DNA of 64,000 bases. It comes from Galbitalea sp. (GTDB lineage Bacteria; Actinomycetota; Actinomycetes; Actinomycetales; Microbacteriaceae). Positions 28,233 through 38,614 of this stretch are shown piece after piece. The notes below the pieces were generated by a model, which had not been told where the DNA came from, did no database searches, and saw only the letters and a list, made by a program, of their open reading frames with translations. The translations under genes were made by a program, and so were the position numbers. The stretch spans positions 113,486-177,485 of the forward strand of contig DATAZU010000025.1 in NCBI GenBank assembly GCA_036271875.1, read 5' to 3'. Positions within the stretch are counted from its first letter, which is position 1. The number at the start of each line of letters is the position of its first letter.

Positions 28233-29261
28233 TCAGTCGGACGGTAGGTCCGCCTCATCGAGCAGCAGGTCGGCGTGATGAATCTCTGCAACATTCGGAT
28301 GCGCGCGAAGACGATAGCGCAACACATTGTCGCCGTAGGTCTCGAGGATCGGACTGTTCGTTGGATCGAGCGACAGTCCGCGCGTCTGGGCACGCAGCTC
28401 GGGCGCGAGTTCGAGGTGCGGCATGGTCGCGTCCAGCGCTGGATTGAAGAAAAACGGGATCGAGATGCGATCCGTCCCCACCCGGGGTGATTGCACGCGG
28501 TGCAGGGTCGCTTTGAGATAGCCGTCGGTGGCGAACTCGAGCATCTCCCCGATGTTCACGACAAACGCGCCCGGCATCGAGGGCGCCTCGATCCACTCGC
28601 CATCGTGTTCAACCTGCAGTCCTCCCTTGCCGGGCTCTACCAGCAGCAGAGTGAGAACTCCCCCGTCCCGGTGGGCACCGACGCCCTGTTTTGGCGCCGT
28701 ATCCGTCTCGCCGGGATAGCGGACGATCTTGACGAGCGAGAACGGATGGTCGGCAAACGCAGCGTCGAACACGTCCTCCGGAGCGCCGAGAGCAAGCGCC
28801 CACAACCGCAAAAGTCGAAGCGACAGGGCGTTCAGTTCGGTGCGCCACCGGGCGATGGTCGTCTCGAGTTCGGGCAACTCGGTCGGCCACAGGTTCGGGC
28901 CTTCGAGTCGCCAGAAGTCCGGGATGCCCGTGCCAGGCTCCACCGCGTCCCGCTCCTCGCCGATGTCGATCTGCTCACGCCAGTCGACATCGCCATTCGT
29001 TAGCTCCTTGCCAACGCGCGTGTAGCCACGAAACTGCGGACTGTGCACGTTCTCAATGGCCAGCTTTGCCGAATCCGATAGCTCGAAAAATCGGCGGGAG
29101 ACATCCAGCACCCCGTCGACGAGCGACTGGTCGATCCCGTGACCAACGAGGTAGAAGAACCCCACCTCGTGGGTCACTGTGCGCAATTGCGAACGGAAGT
29201 CCCAGGCACCCTTATCGGTCTCGGCGATCGAAAGGTCCAGGACGGGGAGGGATGAGAGCAT
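28233..29261 (-). CDS. Isopenicillin N synthase-like 2OG-Fe(II) oxygenase
   Basis: LPVLDLS, GFFYLVGHG, FRGY, GPNLWP, HRD...HRV...RISIPFF; start ATG 29261. Confidence 0.93.
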   Translation of the reverse strand: MLSSLPVLDLSIAETDKGAWDFRSQLRTVTHEVGFFYLVGHGIDQSLVDGVLDVSRRFFELSDSAKLAIENVHSPQFRGYTRVGKELTNGDVDWREQIDIGEERDAVEPGTGIPDFWRLEGPNLWPTELPELETTIARWRTELNALSLRLLRLWALALGAPEDVFDAAFADHPFSLVKIVRYPGETDTAPKQGVGAHRDGGVLTLLLVEPGKGGLQVEHDGEWIEAPSMPGAFVVNIGEMLEFATDGYLKATLHRVQSPRVGTDRISIPFFFNPALDATMPHLELAPELRAQTRGLSLDPTNSPILETYGDNVLRYRLRAHPNVAEIHHADLLLDEADLPSD

Positions 29262-29360
29262 CTCTCGATCCTGACAGAAGGTACCTCTGTGCTGGCCGAA
29301 CATTACGTTGGTTTGCGCCCCCGCGGACGGATCGGCGGGTTTGCTCATAGTGTCGATTCC

Positions 29361-29774
29361 GTGGACGAACGGCACAGCATCGACGAAGACGGATTGCGAG
29401 CGCGACTCACGGACGAGGAGTACGCCGTGCTCCGCGAATCGGCCACCGAGCGTGCGTGGTCCGGCGAGCTCCTCGACGAGAGCCGCGCCGGCCTGTACGC
29501 GTGCAAGGCGTGCGGCAACGAGCTGTTCCAGGCGGGCACCAAGTTTGATTCCGGATGCGGCTGGCCCAGTTTCTACGAGTCGGTGAACCCGCAAGCGGTG
29601 CGCCTCCTGCCCGACGACAGCCTCGGGATCGACCGCACCGAGGTTCGGTGTGCCCGCTGCGACTCGCACCTCGGTCACGTCTTCCCCGACGGGCTTGGTA
29701 CCCCGACCGGCGATCGGTACTGCATGAACTCGCTCGCTCTGAATTTCAGCGCGGACGAGGAACTAGCGTCCTGA
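29361..29774 (+). CDS. msrB: Peptide methionine (R)-sulfoxide reductase
   Basis: CKAC, KFDSGCGWPSF, RTEVRCARCDSHLGHVF.DG, RYCMNS. Confidence 0.96.
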   Translation: MDERHSIDEDGLRARLTDEEYAVLRESATERAWSGELLDESRAGLYACKACGNELFQAGTKFDSGCGWPSFYESVNPQAVRLLPDDSLGIDRTEVRCARCDSHLGHVFPDGLGTPTGDRYCMNSLALNFSADEELAS

Positions 29775-30260
29775 CCGAAGGATCCGCACGTCGTTCGGTG
29801 TGAGGTTCGGATCAACCCGGGTGACGACGGGGGCCTCATCCGGGTTCCGCGCCGCGATGGAAACGCTCGCGCTCACCAGATGCGCGAGTCCGCGACTTAG
29901 CCCGGCGAACGCCGCCTCGGCCGCTGCCGCCTCCGGTGAGGTCGCATCCAGCCCCCGCTCGCCGAGCGAGCGGATGACCGACCCTGACGCAAGCAGGTCT
30001 TCGACCGCGAAGCGATAAGCCGACTCCCGTTTCGCGCCGGCAGCGATCACGGCGATCGTCAGCCGCCTGGCGAGAGTCCTTTGGCGTTCGACGATCCAGT
30101 CCGCCACCGCAGGGGCCGACGCAAAGTCCGCCCCGACCACGTCGGCGTTCCCGGGTAGGAGGGATGGTTCGAACGCGCGAGGCACAACGTGCACCCAGAC
30201 GATGACATCGGCATCGGCGCCGATCGCGGCAGCCCCGTCCGCGCCCCAGTCGAATCGCAC
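29763..30260 (-). CDS. Short, degenerate 2-phosphosulfolactate phosphatase (ComB)-like protein
   Basis: (QRRYQ)VRFDWG, IAVIAAG, RFAVEDLLASG..I..L, SPEA; VDVL replaced by VHVV; about 165 aa. Confidence 0.6.
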   Translation of the reverse strand: MRFDWGADGAAAIGADADVIVWVHVVPRAFEPSLLPGNADVVGADFASAPAVADWIVERQRTLARRLTIAVIAAGAKRESAYRFAVEDLLASGSVIRSLGERGLDATSPEAAAAEAAFAGLSRGLAHLVSASVSIAARNPDEAPVVTRVDPNLTPNDVRILRSGR

Positions 30261-30297
30261 CTGGTATCGGCGCTGCTCGATCAGGACAAGGTTGGGA

Positions 30298-31674
30298 TCA
30301 GAGATTGTTGCCCCCGCGGTACTGTGCTGCCGGGTGCTCGGCGAACAGCCGCGCGTTGCCCTGCCCGAACAGCCGCTCGCGGAGCGTTCCCTCCTCGTAC
30401 TTCTCGCGATAGAGCCCGCGTTTTTGCAGCTCGGGCACGACCAGTTCGATGAAGTCCTCCGCGGTACCGGGCGTCAGGAACTGGCGCAGGTTGAATCCGT
30501 CGAGGTCGGTCTCCTCGACCCAGCGCTCGATGCTGTCGACGACCTCGGTTGGCGTGCCGATGGCGAAAAAGGGGGGACGGTCGAACCGGGTCACCTGATC
30601 GAGTGACTCGCCAACCGTCTTGCCGTAGTAGCGCGCCGAATCCTCGACCTTGCCACGGCCGGGACGATTCTCGGCCTCGATAATGTCGGATACGAGTGCA
30701 TCGCGCGGATAGGCCGCCAGGTCGATTCCGCCACCGCCCGCGTGTGCGAGATAGCCCTGTGCGCGGCTGAACTGGCGATACTCGTCCGCCTTGCGCTCGG
30801 CATCCTCCCGCGTCTTGCCCGGGATGACCACGGCCATCGCGTAGGTCTTGATCTGGTCGCCGGCTCGACCGAACAGCTCGGCCTTCCTGCGGACATCCGC
30901 GATGTTGTCGCGGTACTGCTCCGTGCTCGAACCGCCGACGAACACGGCTTCGGCGTGCTTCGCGGCGAACTCGCGTCCTCTCGGAGAGCTTCCGGCCTGG
31001 AACAGCAGCGGAGTGCGCTGAAGCGACGGCTCGGACAGATGCGGCCCCGCGACCTTGTAGTGCTCGCTCACGTGATTGATGTAGCGAACCTTCGAAGGGT
31101 CGGTGTAGATCTTGTTCTCCCGGTCGATGACCACGGCATCGTCATCCCACGAGCCCTCCCAGAGCTTGTAGACGACCTCGAGAAATTCGTCGGCGAGCGC
31201 GTAGCGGTCATCGTGCTCGACCTCGTCGTCGAGACTAAAGTTCCTGGCCGCGTTGGGCAGGTACGACGTCACGATGTTCCAGCCGAAACGGCCACGGGTG
31301 AGGTGATCGAGGGTGGATGCTCGGCGAGCGAAGGCGAACGGTGGCTCGTACGTTGTCGAGAAGGTCGCCGCGAAGCCGAGGTGCCTGGTCACCGCTGCCA
31401 TCGCGGGAATCACCAGTAGCGGGTCGTTGCTCGGGATCTGCACGCTCTCGATGAGCGCGGTCTCCGGCCCGTTGCGGTAGCCGTCGTATGTGCCGATGAC
31501 ATCGGCCAAGAACACCGAATCGAACAGCCCTTCCTCGAGGAGTTTGGCTTCCTCGATCCAAAAGTCGATGTCATTGAAACGGTGACGAGTGTTCTCCGGG
31601 TGCGCCCACAGGCCGTGCGAGATGTGGCCGACACAGTTCATTTCGAACAGGTTGAAGGAGATTTGCTTGGTCAT
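30298..31674 (-). CDS. NtaA/DmoA/DszA family FMNH2-dependent monooxygenase
   Basis: FDSVFLAD, STLDHLTRGRFGWNIVTSY, EHDDRY, LWEGSW, PS.QRTP.LFQAGSS.RG..FAA.HAE. Confidence 0.95.
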   Translation of the reverse strand: MTKQISFNLFEMNCVGHISHGLWAHPENTRHRFNDIDFWIEEAKLLEEGLFDSVFLADVIGTYDGYRNGPETALIESVQIPSNDPLLVIPAMAAVTRHLGFAATFSTTYEPPFAFARRASTLDHLTRGRFGWNIVTSYLPNAARNFSLDDEVEHDDRYALADEFLEVVYKLWEGSWDDDAVVIDRENKIYTDPSKVRYINHVSEHYKVAGPHLSEPSLQRTPLLFQAGSSPRGREFAAKHAEAVFVGGSSTEQYRDNIADVRRKAELFGRAGDQIKTYAMAVVIPGKTREDAERKADEYRQFSRAQGYLAHAGGGGIDLAAYPRDALVSDIIEAENRPGRGKVEDSARYYGKTVGESLDQVTRFDRPPFFAIGTPTEVVDSIERWVEETDLDGFNLRQFLTPGTAEDFIELVVPELQKRGLYREKYEEGTLRERLFGQGNARLFAEHPAAQYRGGNNL

Positions 31675-33320
31675 AGGATTTCTTTCTGAATTCGCGGCAG
31701 TGAACTGAGCAGAGCCTGCGTGTACGGATGTTGCGGGAAATCGAAGATCTGGTCGGCCGCGCCCTGTTCGACGATACGTCCGCCCTGCATGACGAGGATG
31801 CGATCACTGACGTGGTGGATGACTCCGAGATCGTGCGAGATGAACAGGTAGCTCACCCCGAGCTGGTTCTGGATGTCGGCAAGCAGGTCGAGCACCTGGG
31901 CCTGGACCTGGACATCCAGTGCTGACACAGACTCGTCGCAAATGATCACCGATGGCTCGGGAGCGAGCGCACGCGCAATTGCTACTCGCTGTCGCTGGCC
32001 GCCGGAGAGCTTGAGCGGCCTCCGGTCGGCGTGCTCGGGTTCAAGACCGACGAGCGACAGTAGTTCCGCAACGCGAGCAGCTCTCGCCGAACCCCGATAC
32101 CGATCGGCGGGCAGAGCGTCGAGAATGAGGCGCGAGACGGTCCAGCGCGGATCGAACGAGCTGAGCGGATCCTGATACACCGCCGTGATCAGCCGCCGAC
32201 GAGGTCGACGCTGGTGCTCGCTGATGCCAGACCATGGCTGGCCCGCGAGCCGGATCTCGCCACGGTCCGGCTGAGTGACGGCGAGCACGAGCCGCGCCAC
32301 GGTGGTCTTGCCCGATCCGGATTCGCCGACTACGCCGAGCGTCTCGCCGACGCCGAGTTCGAAACTGACGTCTCTGACCACTGTTCTCGTGATTCCGTCC
32401 GGTCCCCTGTAGCTCTTGGAGACGCGGTCAACGGTAATGAGTGCCGACCTCGTAGGCCCGTCGAACACGTCGGGGACCGAGCTCGATCGCTTGGGCGCCG
32501 GGCGCGGCGACGTCGCCGGTGAGAGGCGAGTACCCCGCGAGTGAGCACTGGGAACGGCATCGAGCAGCCGCTGCGTATACGCATCCCTGGGATTTCCGAG
32601 AACCTGGGCCGTTGGCCCCTCCTCGACGATCACACCATGATTCATCACGGCAACCCGGTCGGCAAGGCGGGCAACCACGGCCAGGTCGTGGCTAATGACC
32701 AGTACGGCCTTGCCGCGAGCCTTCGTCTCGTCGAGGAGATCGAGGATCTGTGCCTGCACTGTCACGTCGAGCGCCGTGGTCGGTTCGTCGGCGATGAGCA
32801 GACCCGGGTCAAGTGCGATGGCTGAAGCAATGAGGGCTCGCTGGCGCTGACCCCCGGACAACTCACCAGACAACTGCCGGGCGCGCAACTGGGGCTCGGG
32901 AACGCCGACCTGCTCGAGCAGCTCAAGCACGCGCGCATGTCGGGTACGCGCCGTTCCCCAGCCGTGAAGCGTGAGGGTTTCGGTGATTTCCTTCCCCACC
33001 GGCCGAAGCGGGTCAAGCGAGACGAGAGCATCCTGCAGGATGAAGCCGACCTCCCGACCTCGGATTCCGCGCCAGCGGCGGTCCGGGTATCCACGAACAT
33101 CCACCCCGTGCAGTTCAAGTTTGTTGGCCGACACGCGCGAGCCCGATCCGGCGAGCCCGATGACCGACCTCGCGCTCACGCTCTTGCCCGAACCGGACTC
33201 ACCCACGATCGCCAGGCACTCACCGGCGGAAACACCGAAGGAGATTCCCTTGACGACCTCGCGGTAGTCGGAGCCGACTCCGAATCCGACGCGGAGGTCT
33301 TCAACCAGGAGCGCGGTCAC
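31671..33320 (-). CDS. Dipeptide/oligopeptide-type ABC ATP-binding protein, two fused ATPase domains
   Basis: Two GESGSGK and two LSGGQRQR motifs, HPYT; GTG 33320 in a GTGA overlap. Confidence 0.94.
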   Translation of the reverse strand: MTALLVEDLRVGFGVGSDYREVVKGISFGVSAGECLAIVGESGSGKSVSARSVIGLAGSGSRVSANKLELHGVDVRGYPDRRWRGIRGREVGFILQDALVSLDPLRPVGKEITETLTLHGWGTARTRHARVLELLEQVGVPEPQLRARQLSGELSGGQRQRALIASAIALDPGLLIADEPTTALDVTVQAQILDLLDETKARGKAVLVISHDLAVVARLADRVAVMNHGVIVEEGPTAQVLGNPRDAYTQRLLDAVPSAHSRGTRLSPATSPRPAPKRSSSVPDVFDGPTRSALITVDRVSKSYRGPDGITRTVVRDVSFELGVGETLGVVGESGSGKTTVARLVLAVTQPDRGEIRLAGQPWSGISEHQRRPRRRLITAVYQDPLSSFDPRWTVSRLILDALPADRYRGSARAARVAELLSLVGLEPEHADRRPLKLSGGQRQRVAIARALAPEPSVIICDESVSALDVQVQAQVLDLLADIQNQLGVSYLFISHDLGVIHHVSDRILVMQGGRIVEQGAADQIFDFPQHPYTQALLSSLPRIQKEIL

Positions 33321-34204
33321 GCGTCCGCGCCCCGGCCTTCGAGCCGTCGCTGCAGGTAGCGACCGAGCGAGGTAGTTGCGAGGGTTACGAAAACGATCAT
33401 CGCACCGGGGAACAGCTCGACCCACCACGCGGTCGAGATGAACTCGCGACCGTCGGCGAGCATGGCTCCCCACTCCGGCGCGGGTGGCGCGGCGCCAAGC
33501 CCGAGGAAGCTGAGGGATGATGCCCAAATGATCGACTGGCCGATGCCCAGGGTTGCCAGCACGAGGAGCGGTCGCATCGCGTTCGGCAGAACGGTGCGGC
33601 CGAGCACGCGCCAGCGCGAGTGCCCGAGCACATATGATGCCTCGACATACGGTGAGCTCTTCACCGCGAGGATCTGGCCGCGCACCATGCGCGCGTATCC
33701 CGGTGCGGATCCCAGCCCCACCGAGATGATCAGTGATTCGACGCTCGCGCCGAAAATCGTGACGAAGAGGAGCGCGAGCAACAAGGCCGGGAACGCGAAC
33801 AGGATCTCAAGGATCCGGCCGATGATGGCATCGACAACCCTGCCTCCGAGCCCCGCAAGAGCACCGAGCACGATGGCGATCGCGAGACCGAGAGCCGTGG
33901 CGGCAAGACCGATCGAAAGCGACGGCGTGGCGCCGTAGACGACGCGGGAGAAGACGTCACGGCCGGACTCGTCCGTTCCAAACAGATGAGCGACGGATGG
34001 CGCTTCGAGCGACTTCGCCGGGTCGACGGCGAGTGGCTGGTAGTGCGCGAGTAGCGACGGATCGACAACTGCGACCACCAGGAAAAGGAGAAACAGCACC
34101 GAGAGGATGGGCCCGATCCGAAGCCTCCGAAACGCGCTTGCGGTCGGGACGGGACGCGAAGTGCCTGCACCGAGAAGCGCGGCACTCGAATCGAGAGTGG
34201 TCAC
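33317..34204 (-). CDS. Peptide-type ABC permease (DppC-like)
   Basis: HLFGTDESGRDVFSRVVYG, LSFLGLG..PP.PEWG.ML. Confidence 0.94.
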   Translation of the reverse strand: MTTLDSSAALLGAGTSRPVPTASAFRRLRIGPILSVLFLLFLVVAVVDPSLLAHYQPLAVDPAKSLEAPSVAHLFGTDESGRDVFSRVVYGATPSLSIGLAATALGLAIAIVLGALAGLGGRVVDAIIGRILEILFAFPALLLALLFVTIFGASVESLIISVGLGSAPGYARMVRGQILAVKSSPYVEASYVLGHSRWRVLGRTVLPNAMRPLLVLATLGIGQSIIWASSLSFLGLGAAPPAPEWGAMLADGREFISTAWWVELFPGAMIVFVTLATTSLGRYLQRRLEGRGADA

Positions 34205-34236
34205 AAGAAACTCCTGTCGAACGGGGGTATTGGTGG

Positions 34237-35256
34237 TTAGCGGGAGCGAAGCCGAGGATCGACGACGACGTAAAGCGCGTCGACCACGACATTCGCGACG
34301 ACATACACGAGCGCAACGATCAGGGTCACACCGACCGTGAGCGGCATGTCCTGCTGGGTCACTCCGACCAGGAGGACACCACCGAGGCCGTTGCGCGAGT
34401 ACAGCGTTTCAACGATGACCGCACCGCTGATCAACGAACCGAGTGCCCAACCGGAGAGAGTGAGCCCGGGCAGCACGGCGTGCCGCAGCACGTGGCGAAG
34501 ACGCACGCCCCAGTCGCTCATCCCCCTGGCCCGAGCGGATATCACGAACGGCTGCTCAAGTGCGAGGTCGAACTCGTCCCGGGTCACCTGCGACATGAAT
34601 CCGGCGAGTGGGATGGCGAGAGTGAAAGCCGGAAGGATGAGACCCACCGCACCGTCGCCGCCCGTCGCCGGGATCCAGCCGAGGCTGAATGCGAATATCT
34701 CGAGCAGCAGGATGCCAAGCCAGTACTGGGGAAGCGCGGCCGACAGTACCTCAAGGCCCGAACCGAGCGACGTCGCGAACCGACCACGACGAACGGTGAG
34801 CAGGCACGAGGCAATCGCTAGAATCCACGCGAGAAGCAGGGCGCTCGCCGTCAGAAGGACAGTCGGCCAGATCGACTCGGCGATGACATCGGCCACCGGC
34901 ATCTTCTGGGAGGACGAGAAGCCGAAGTTGCCACGAATGAGACGCAACAGGTAGAGCAGGTACTGCACGAACAGCGACTGGTCGAATCCATACTCGCGAG
35001 TGACCGCCGCGATGACGGCCTTACTCGGATGGCTCGCTGCACCGCCTGCCATCGCGACGGCAGGGTTCCCCGGCATTGCGTTGATGGCAATAAACGTGAC
35101 GGTGGCGGCGCCCCAGAGCACAAGGATGCCGGATCCGACCGTGCGGACGAGCCGCCGCCAGCCTCGCTGGCTGTGGCTCGTCCGGGCCCCGGTGGTCGTG
35201 AAGTCGGAGTCGAGGTCATCCTCGAAACTGACCGATCCGGTGCTTACCGTCGTCAT
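34237..35256 (-). CDS. Peptide-type ABC permease (DppB-like)
   Basis: PGNP, QYL.YL, ARARG...RHVLRHA, GAVIVET. Confidence 0.94.
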   Translation of the reverse strand: MTTVSTGSVSFEDDLDSDFTTTGARTSHSQRGWRRLVRTVGSGILVLWGAATVTFIAINAMPGNPAVAMAGGAASHPSKAVIAAVTREYGFDQSLFVQYLLYLLRLIRGNFGFSSSQKMPVADVIAESIWPTVLLTASALLLAWILAIASCLLTVRRGRFATSLGSGLEVLSAALPQYWLGILLLEIFAFSLGWIPATGGDGAVGLILPAFTLAIPLAGFMSQVTRDEFDLALEQPFVISARARGMSDWGVRLRHVLRHAVLPGLTLSGWALGSLISGAVIVETLYSRNGLGGVLLVGVTQQDMPLTVGVTLIVALVYVVANVVVDALYVVVDPRLRSR

Positions 35257-36911
35257 GGCTTCGAAATCCAAGTGTCGTGGAAGTCGGGCAGACCGACCGC
35301 GTAGTCAGCGGTGATCCCGTGGACGTTCGCGTTGTACGCGAGCCGCTCCTCCGCCGGATACAGGTTCAGTTGCAGGGCCTGCTGCGAGACGAGTTCCTGC
35401 GCCCTGGTGTACAGCGCCGCGCGATTGCTCGGATCCTGCTCGGACAGCGCCCGGTTCAGCAGGTCATCGAGCTTCGGGTTCGAGTAGTCGTCGCCATTCG
35501 TGCCGTAGAACTTGAGCGCCTGCGTCGAAAACAGCGTGCGCAGGACATCCGGCGTATTCGTGATCCAGTAGTCGCCCGCCAGGGTCTGGTACTTGTGCGA
35601 CTCGTACAGGCCGTCAAGGACAGTCGTGCTGATGGGGTGGAGCACGATGTCGATCCCCGCTGTCTTTTCGGACGCCTGGATGTCCTGGTACAACGTCAGG
35701 TCCTCCGCTGCGGTCTGGCCCGCGTCCGAGTCGTATGGAATCGCAATCTTCAGTTCCCTGCCATCCTTCGTTCGGTATCCGGCGGCATTCCTGGATGTCC
35801 ATCCCGCCTTATCCAGCAGCGCATTCGCTTTCGCAACGCTGGCGGGATACGCGCCCTGCAGAGCCGCGTCATAGTCCGGGGTTCCCTTGACCAGCGGACT
35901 GCCGACGTACGGGTAGGTGTTGAAGTACGCGCTCTTCAGGTTGACCGCCTCGTTTGACGCGTAGATCACGGCCTGTCGAACCGCGAGTTCATTGAGCGGC
36001 GCGGCCTGGACGTTGAACGTGATTCCGTTGGGGCTGCCCGGACGCTCATGGGTCAGGATCTGGATGCCGCTCGCCGCGTCGGACTTCCAGTCCTCCGCTG
36101 GCGGGTAGTAGATGACGTCCGCCTGCTTCTTCAGCAGCGCGGCATTGCGAACCGTGCCGTCCGGAACGATCTTCCAGATCAGCTTGCTCAGATAGGCGGG
36201 ACCCTTGTGCGCGGACCCGGGCGGTGCCGTGTTGTAGTTCGGGTTACGCACAAGCACAACCTGCTGGTTGGGCGTATAGCTCTGGATCTTGAATGGACCG
36301 GTTCCGATGGGGTCGTTGCAGTTCTTGGTCTCGCCGCGCGCGAGCCCCGCGGGGGACTCGATGCCGATGTAGCCCTGTGCGAGGACATCGAGCAGGGCAG
36401 TGTCTGCCTGCTTGAGGTTCACCTGGAGCACGTAGGGCTCCAACACTTTCGAGGCGGCGTAGAACGGCGCGATATATCCACCGTCCGTCGATGAGCCGGT
36501 CTTCGGATCGACGACCCGGTCGAGGTTCACCTTGACTGCGGCCGCATTGAGGGGGGTGCCATCCGTGAACTTCACCCCCTGCTTGATCGTGAAGGTGTAG
36601 GTGAGACCGTCGGGCGAGATGGTCCACTTGGTCGCGAGCCACGGCTCGATCGTGCCGCCTGGCCCCTCGTAGACGAGGTCATCGGTGATCTGCTGCCCGA
36701 TCATCGCCTGCGGGATGTCACCGCCGTCCTCGGGGTCGAGGCACGTTTCTGATCGATCCTGCAGGTAGGTGAGTGTGCCGCCGAAGACGGGTTTGCCGTT
36801 CGATGCGGTCAGGCTGCTGGGCTGGCCTGCGCAGGCGGAGAGGATGCTCACGGCGACGAGAGCGACAACGACGATCGGTACGGTGCGGCGGAGAGCGAGC
36901 TTTCGAGACAC
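35253..36911 (-). CDS. Family 5 ABC substrate-binding lipoprotein
   Basis: Lipobox LSAC, PWLATKW..S.DG..YTF...GVKFTDGTP, PIGTGPF; GTG 36911 with AGAAGGA SD. Confidence 0.93.
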   Translation of the reverse strand: MSRKLALRRTVPIVVVALVAVSILSACAGQPSSLTASNGKPVFGGTLTYLQDRSETCLDPEDGGDIPQAMIGQQITDDLVYEGPGGTIEPWLATKWTISPDGLTYTFTIKQGVKFTDGTPLNAAAVKVNLDRVVDPKTGSSTDGGYIAPFYAASKVLEPYVLQVNLKQADTALLDVLAQGYIGIESPAGLARGETKNCNDPIGTGPFKIQSYTPNQQVVLVRNPNYNTAPPGSAHKGPAYLSKLIWKIVPDGTVRNAALLKKQADVIYYPPAEDWKSDAASGIQILTHERPGSPNGITFNVQAAPLNELAVRQAVIYASNEAVNLKSAYFNTYPYVGSPLVKGTPDYDAALQGAYPASVAKANALLDKAGWTSRNAAGYRTKDGRELKIAIPYDSDAGQTAAEDLTLYQDIQASEKTAGIDIVLHPISTTVLDGLYESHKYQTLAGDYWITNTPDVLRTLFSTQALKFYGTNGDDYSNPKLDDLLNRALSEQDPSNRAALYTRAQELVSQQALQLNLYPAEERLAYNANVHGITADYAVGLPDFHDTWISKP

Positions 36912-37040
36912 GGACGCATTCCTTCTGCTGTTGGGTGCGGGCCAGCGACGAGCTGGCGGGTACCCACAACGTAGAAAGGACCGCAACCTGATCGGCTGCT
37001 CGCGCGTAACAGTGCGAATACTCCGTCACGGTTTGTCACA

Positions 37041-38486
37041 CTACGGTCGACGGATTCGCATGCCGTTCGCGTCGGTGTATTGCGGTGCTTTACCAGCAGA
37101 CAGCGTGCTCGTCGCTGCATCCAGCCCGAGGTGATCGCGCAGTGTCTCGCCCAGGTATTCATCGGGGAACAGCCCGCGGCGACGCAACTCGGGTACAACG
37201 AGCCTTGCAAAGGTCTCGAACTGGTCGCCGAAGGCCGATAGCACCGTGAAGCCATCAACTGCTCGTCGCGTGAACCACGACTCGAAGTGATCGGCGACGT
37301 CCTCCGCCGAGCCGACGAGAATCGGTGCGGTGACGACATGCGCAACCAGAAGGTGGCGGAAGGTGATGCCCCGCTGCCCGCCGACCCGGCGGCCCGATCG
37401 TGCGCCCACGATCCGAATCAGTGCGCGTGCCTGGTCACTGAACCGAAGCGCGAGTCGCTCGGTCAGGTAGTCGTCAATCCTGACCCCGTTGAGGGAGACG
37501 CCAAGAACGTCCGAGAGGCTTCGGATTGTTCGATTCGGCGGCAGTCCCTCGATTTCAGCGCGGCCCGCGACGAGCTCAACCGGGACGAGCTCAACCAGCT
37601 CGTCATACAGCTGCCAGGCCGCTTCCCGCGTCTCGCCGATGATCGGGAAGATCGAACACATCAGGAGGTAGTGATCGGGGTTTCGTCCCCACGCAGCCGC
37701 GTCTCGCTTCGCGTTCGCGTAGAGCTCGACACCATCCGCGATGGTGCGTGGCGAGACGAAGCACACATCGGCGGAGCGTGCGGCGAGCTGCCGCGAATTC
37801 TCGGCGGCCCCGACCAAGGCAATCGGCGGGTGGCCCTGTGGCGAACGGAGGACATTGAGCGGACCGGCGGACGAGCGCAGCTTGCCCTCGTAGCCCAGCG
37901 CGTGGAGTCCGGACGCATCGATCAGCCGTCCGGAGTCCGCATCGGCCAGAAAGGCCTCGTCGTCCCAGCTGTCCCAGAGTCCGCGCAGGATATCGATGAA
38001 CTCGCTCGCGGCCGCGATGCGATCGGCCTCCGGGTGGATGACCCGCCAACCAAAATTGCTCGCGGATTGCGCCTCGGATCCGCTGGTCACCGACAGCCCG
38101 ACGCGCCCGTCGCTGAGAAGGTCAATTGATGCGGACGAGCGAGCCGTCGAGTATGGCTCGGCATGGGACGAACTAACCGTTGCCAGCAGACCGATCTTTG
38201 ATGTGATCGCGGCCAGGTAGCTGATCGCGGCGAACGGCTCGACGCGAGCGAGGAGATAGGGATCCGTGAACTCGAAGTCGGCGGATGTCGCGAGCCAGTC
38301 CCCAAAGTAGAGGAACTGAAGGCCAGCAGCCTCGGCCGCGAGCGCGATCCGGGTGAGCTCGAGGCGATCATCCTTGGGATTCCGATGGGCATTCGGATAG
38401 CGCCAGCCGGATGGCCATGCGCCGAGCGTGCGAACCGTCGCGCCGAGCACGAGTTGTCGACGGTCGCCGCGAGCCTGCTCTGCCAC
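37041..38486 (-). CDS. NtaA/DmoA family FMNH2-dependent monooxygenase (second, more divergent)
   Basis: EPF....LAA.T..IGL.AT, EPY..AR, LWDSWDDEA, GPLN..RSPQGHP, LVVPELRRRGLF...Y...TLRDHLGL. Confidence 0.9.
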   Translation of the reverse strand: MAEQARGDRRQLVLGATVRTLGAWPSGWRYPNAHRNPKDDRLELTRIALAAEAAGLQFLYFGDWLATSADFEFTDPYLLARVEPFAAISYLAAITSKIGLLATVSSSHAEPYSTARSSASIDLLSDGRVGLSVTSGSEAQSASNFGWRVIHPEADRIAAASEFIDILRGLWDSWDDEAFLADADSGRLIDASGLHALGYEGKLRSSAGPLNVLRSPQGHPPIALVGAAENSRQLAARSADVCFVSPRTIADGVELYANAKRDAAAWGRNPDHYLLMCSIFPIIGETREAAWQLYDELVELVPVELVAGRAEIEGLPPNRTIRSLSDVLGVSLNGVRIDDYLTERLALRFSDQARALIRIVGARSGRRVGGQRGITFRHLLVAHVVTAPILVGSAEDVADHFESWFTRRAVDGFTVLSAFGDQFETFARLVVPELRRRGLFPDEYLGETLRDHLGLDAATSTLSAGKAPQYTDANGMRIRRP

Positions 38487-38614
38487 GCTTCGACGGTAGC
38501 TCCCCGGTCCGCCCGTGCACGCCGCGCGAGTACAACGCCGTAATCGGACGACATTCCCGGTCATTCAATGAAACAAAGTTGCGGGCGCCTTGCGACCGCG
38601 GCGACCCTCGAGAC

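Noticed and set aside
28233-29678. Apparent 481-aa oxygenase overlapping msrB
   Set aside because: The extension is the antisense of msrB; family similarity begins at ATG 29261. Similar spurious extensions were trimmed for several other ORFs.
13241-30260. Coenzyme M biosynthesis (comA plus comB)
   Set aside because: The genes are 16 kb apart, both have altered motifs, and no comCDE, xcb or alkene-metabolism genes are in the window.
36912-37040. Possible SAM riboswitch ahead of the sulfur-module SBP
   Set aside because: Only a short GCCAGC/GCTGGC hairpin; I could not match a SAM-I or SAM-IV core. An Rfam scan would be decisive.
15885-38486. Bacillus yxe-type S-(2-succino)cysteine pathway (MmgE/PrpD plus NtaA-family monooxygenase)
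   Set aside because: The components are in separate loci, and the acetyltransferase and amidohydrolase are absent.
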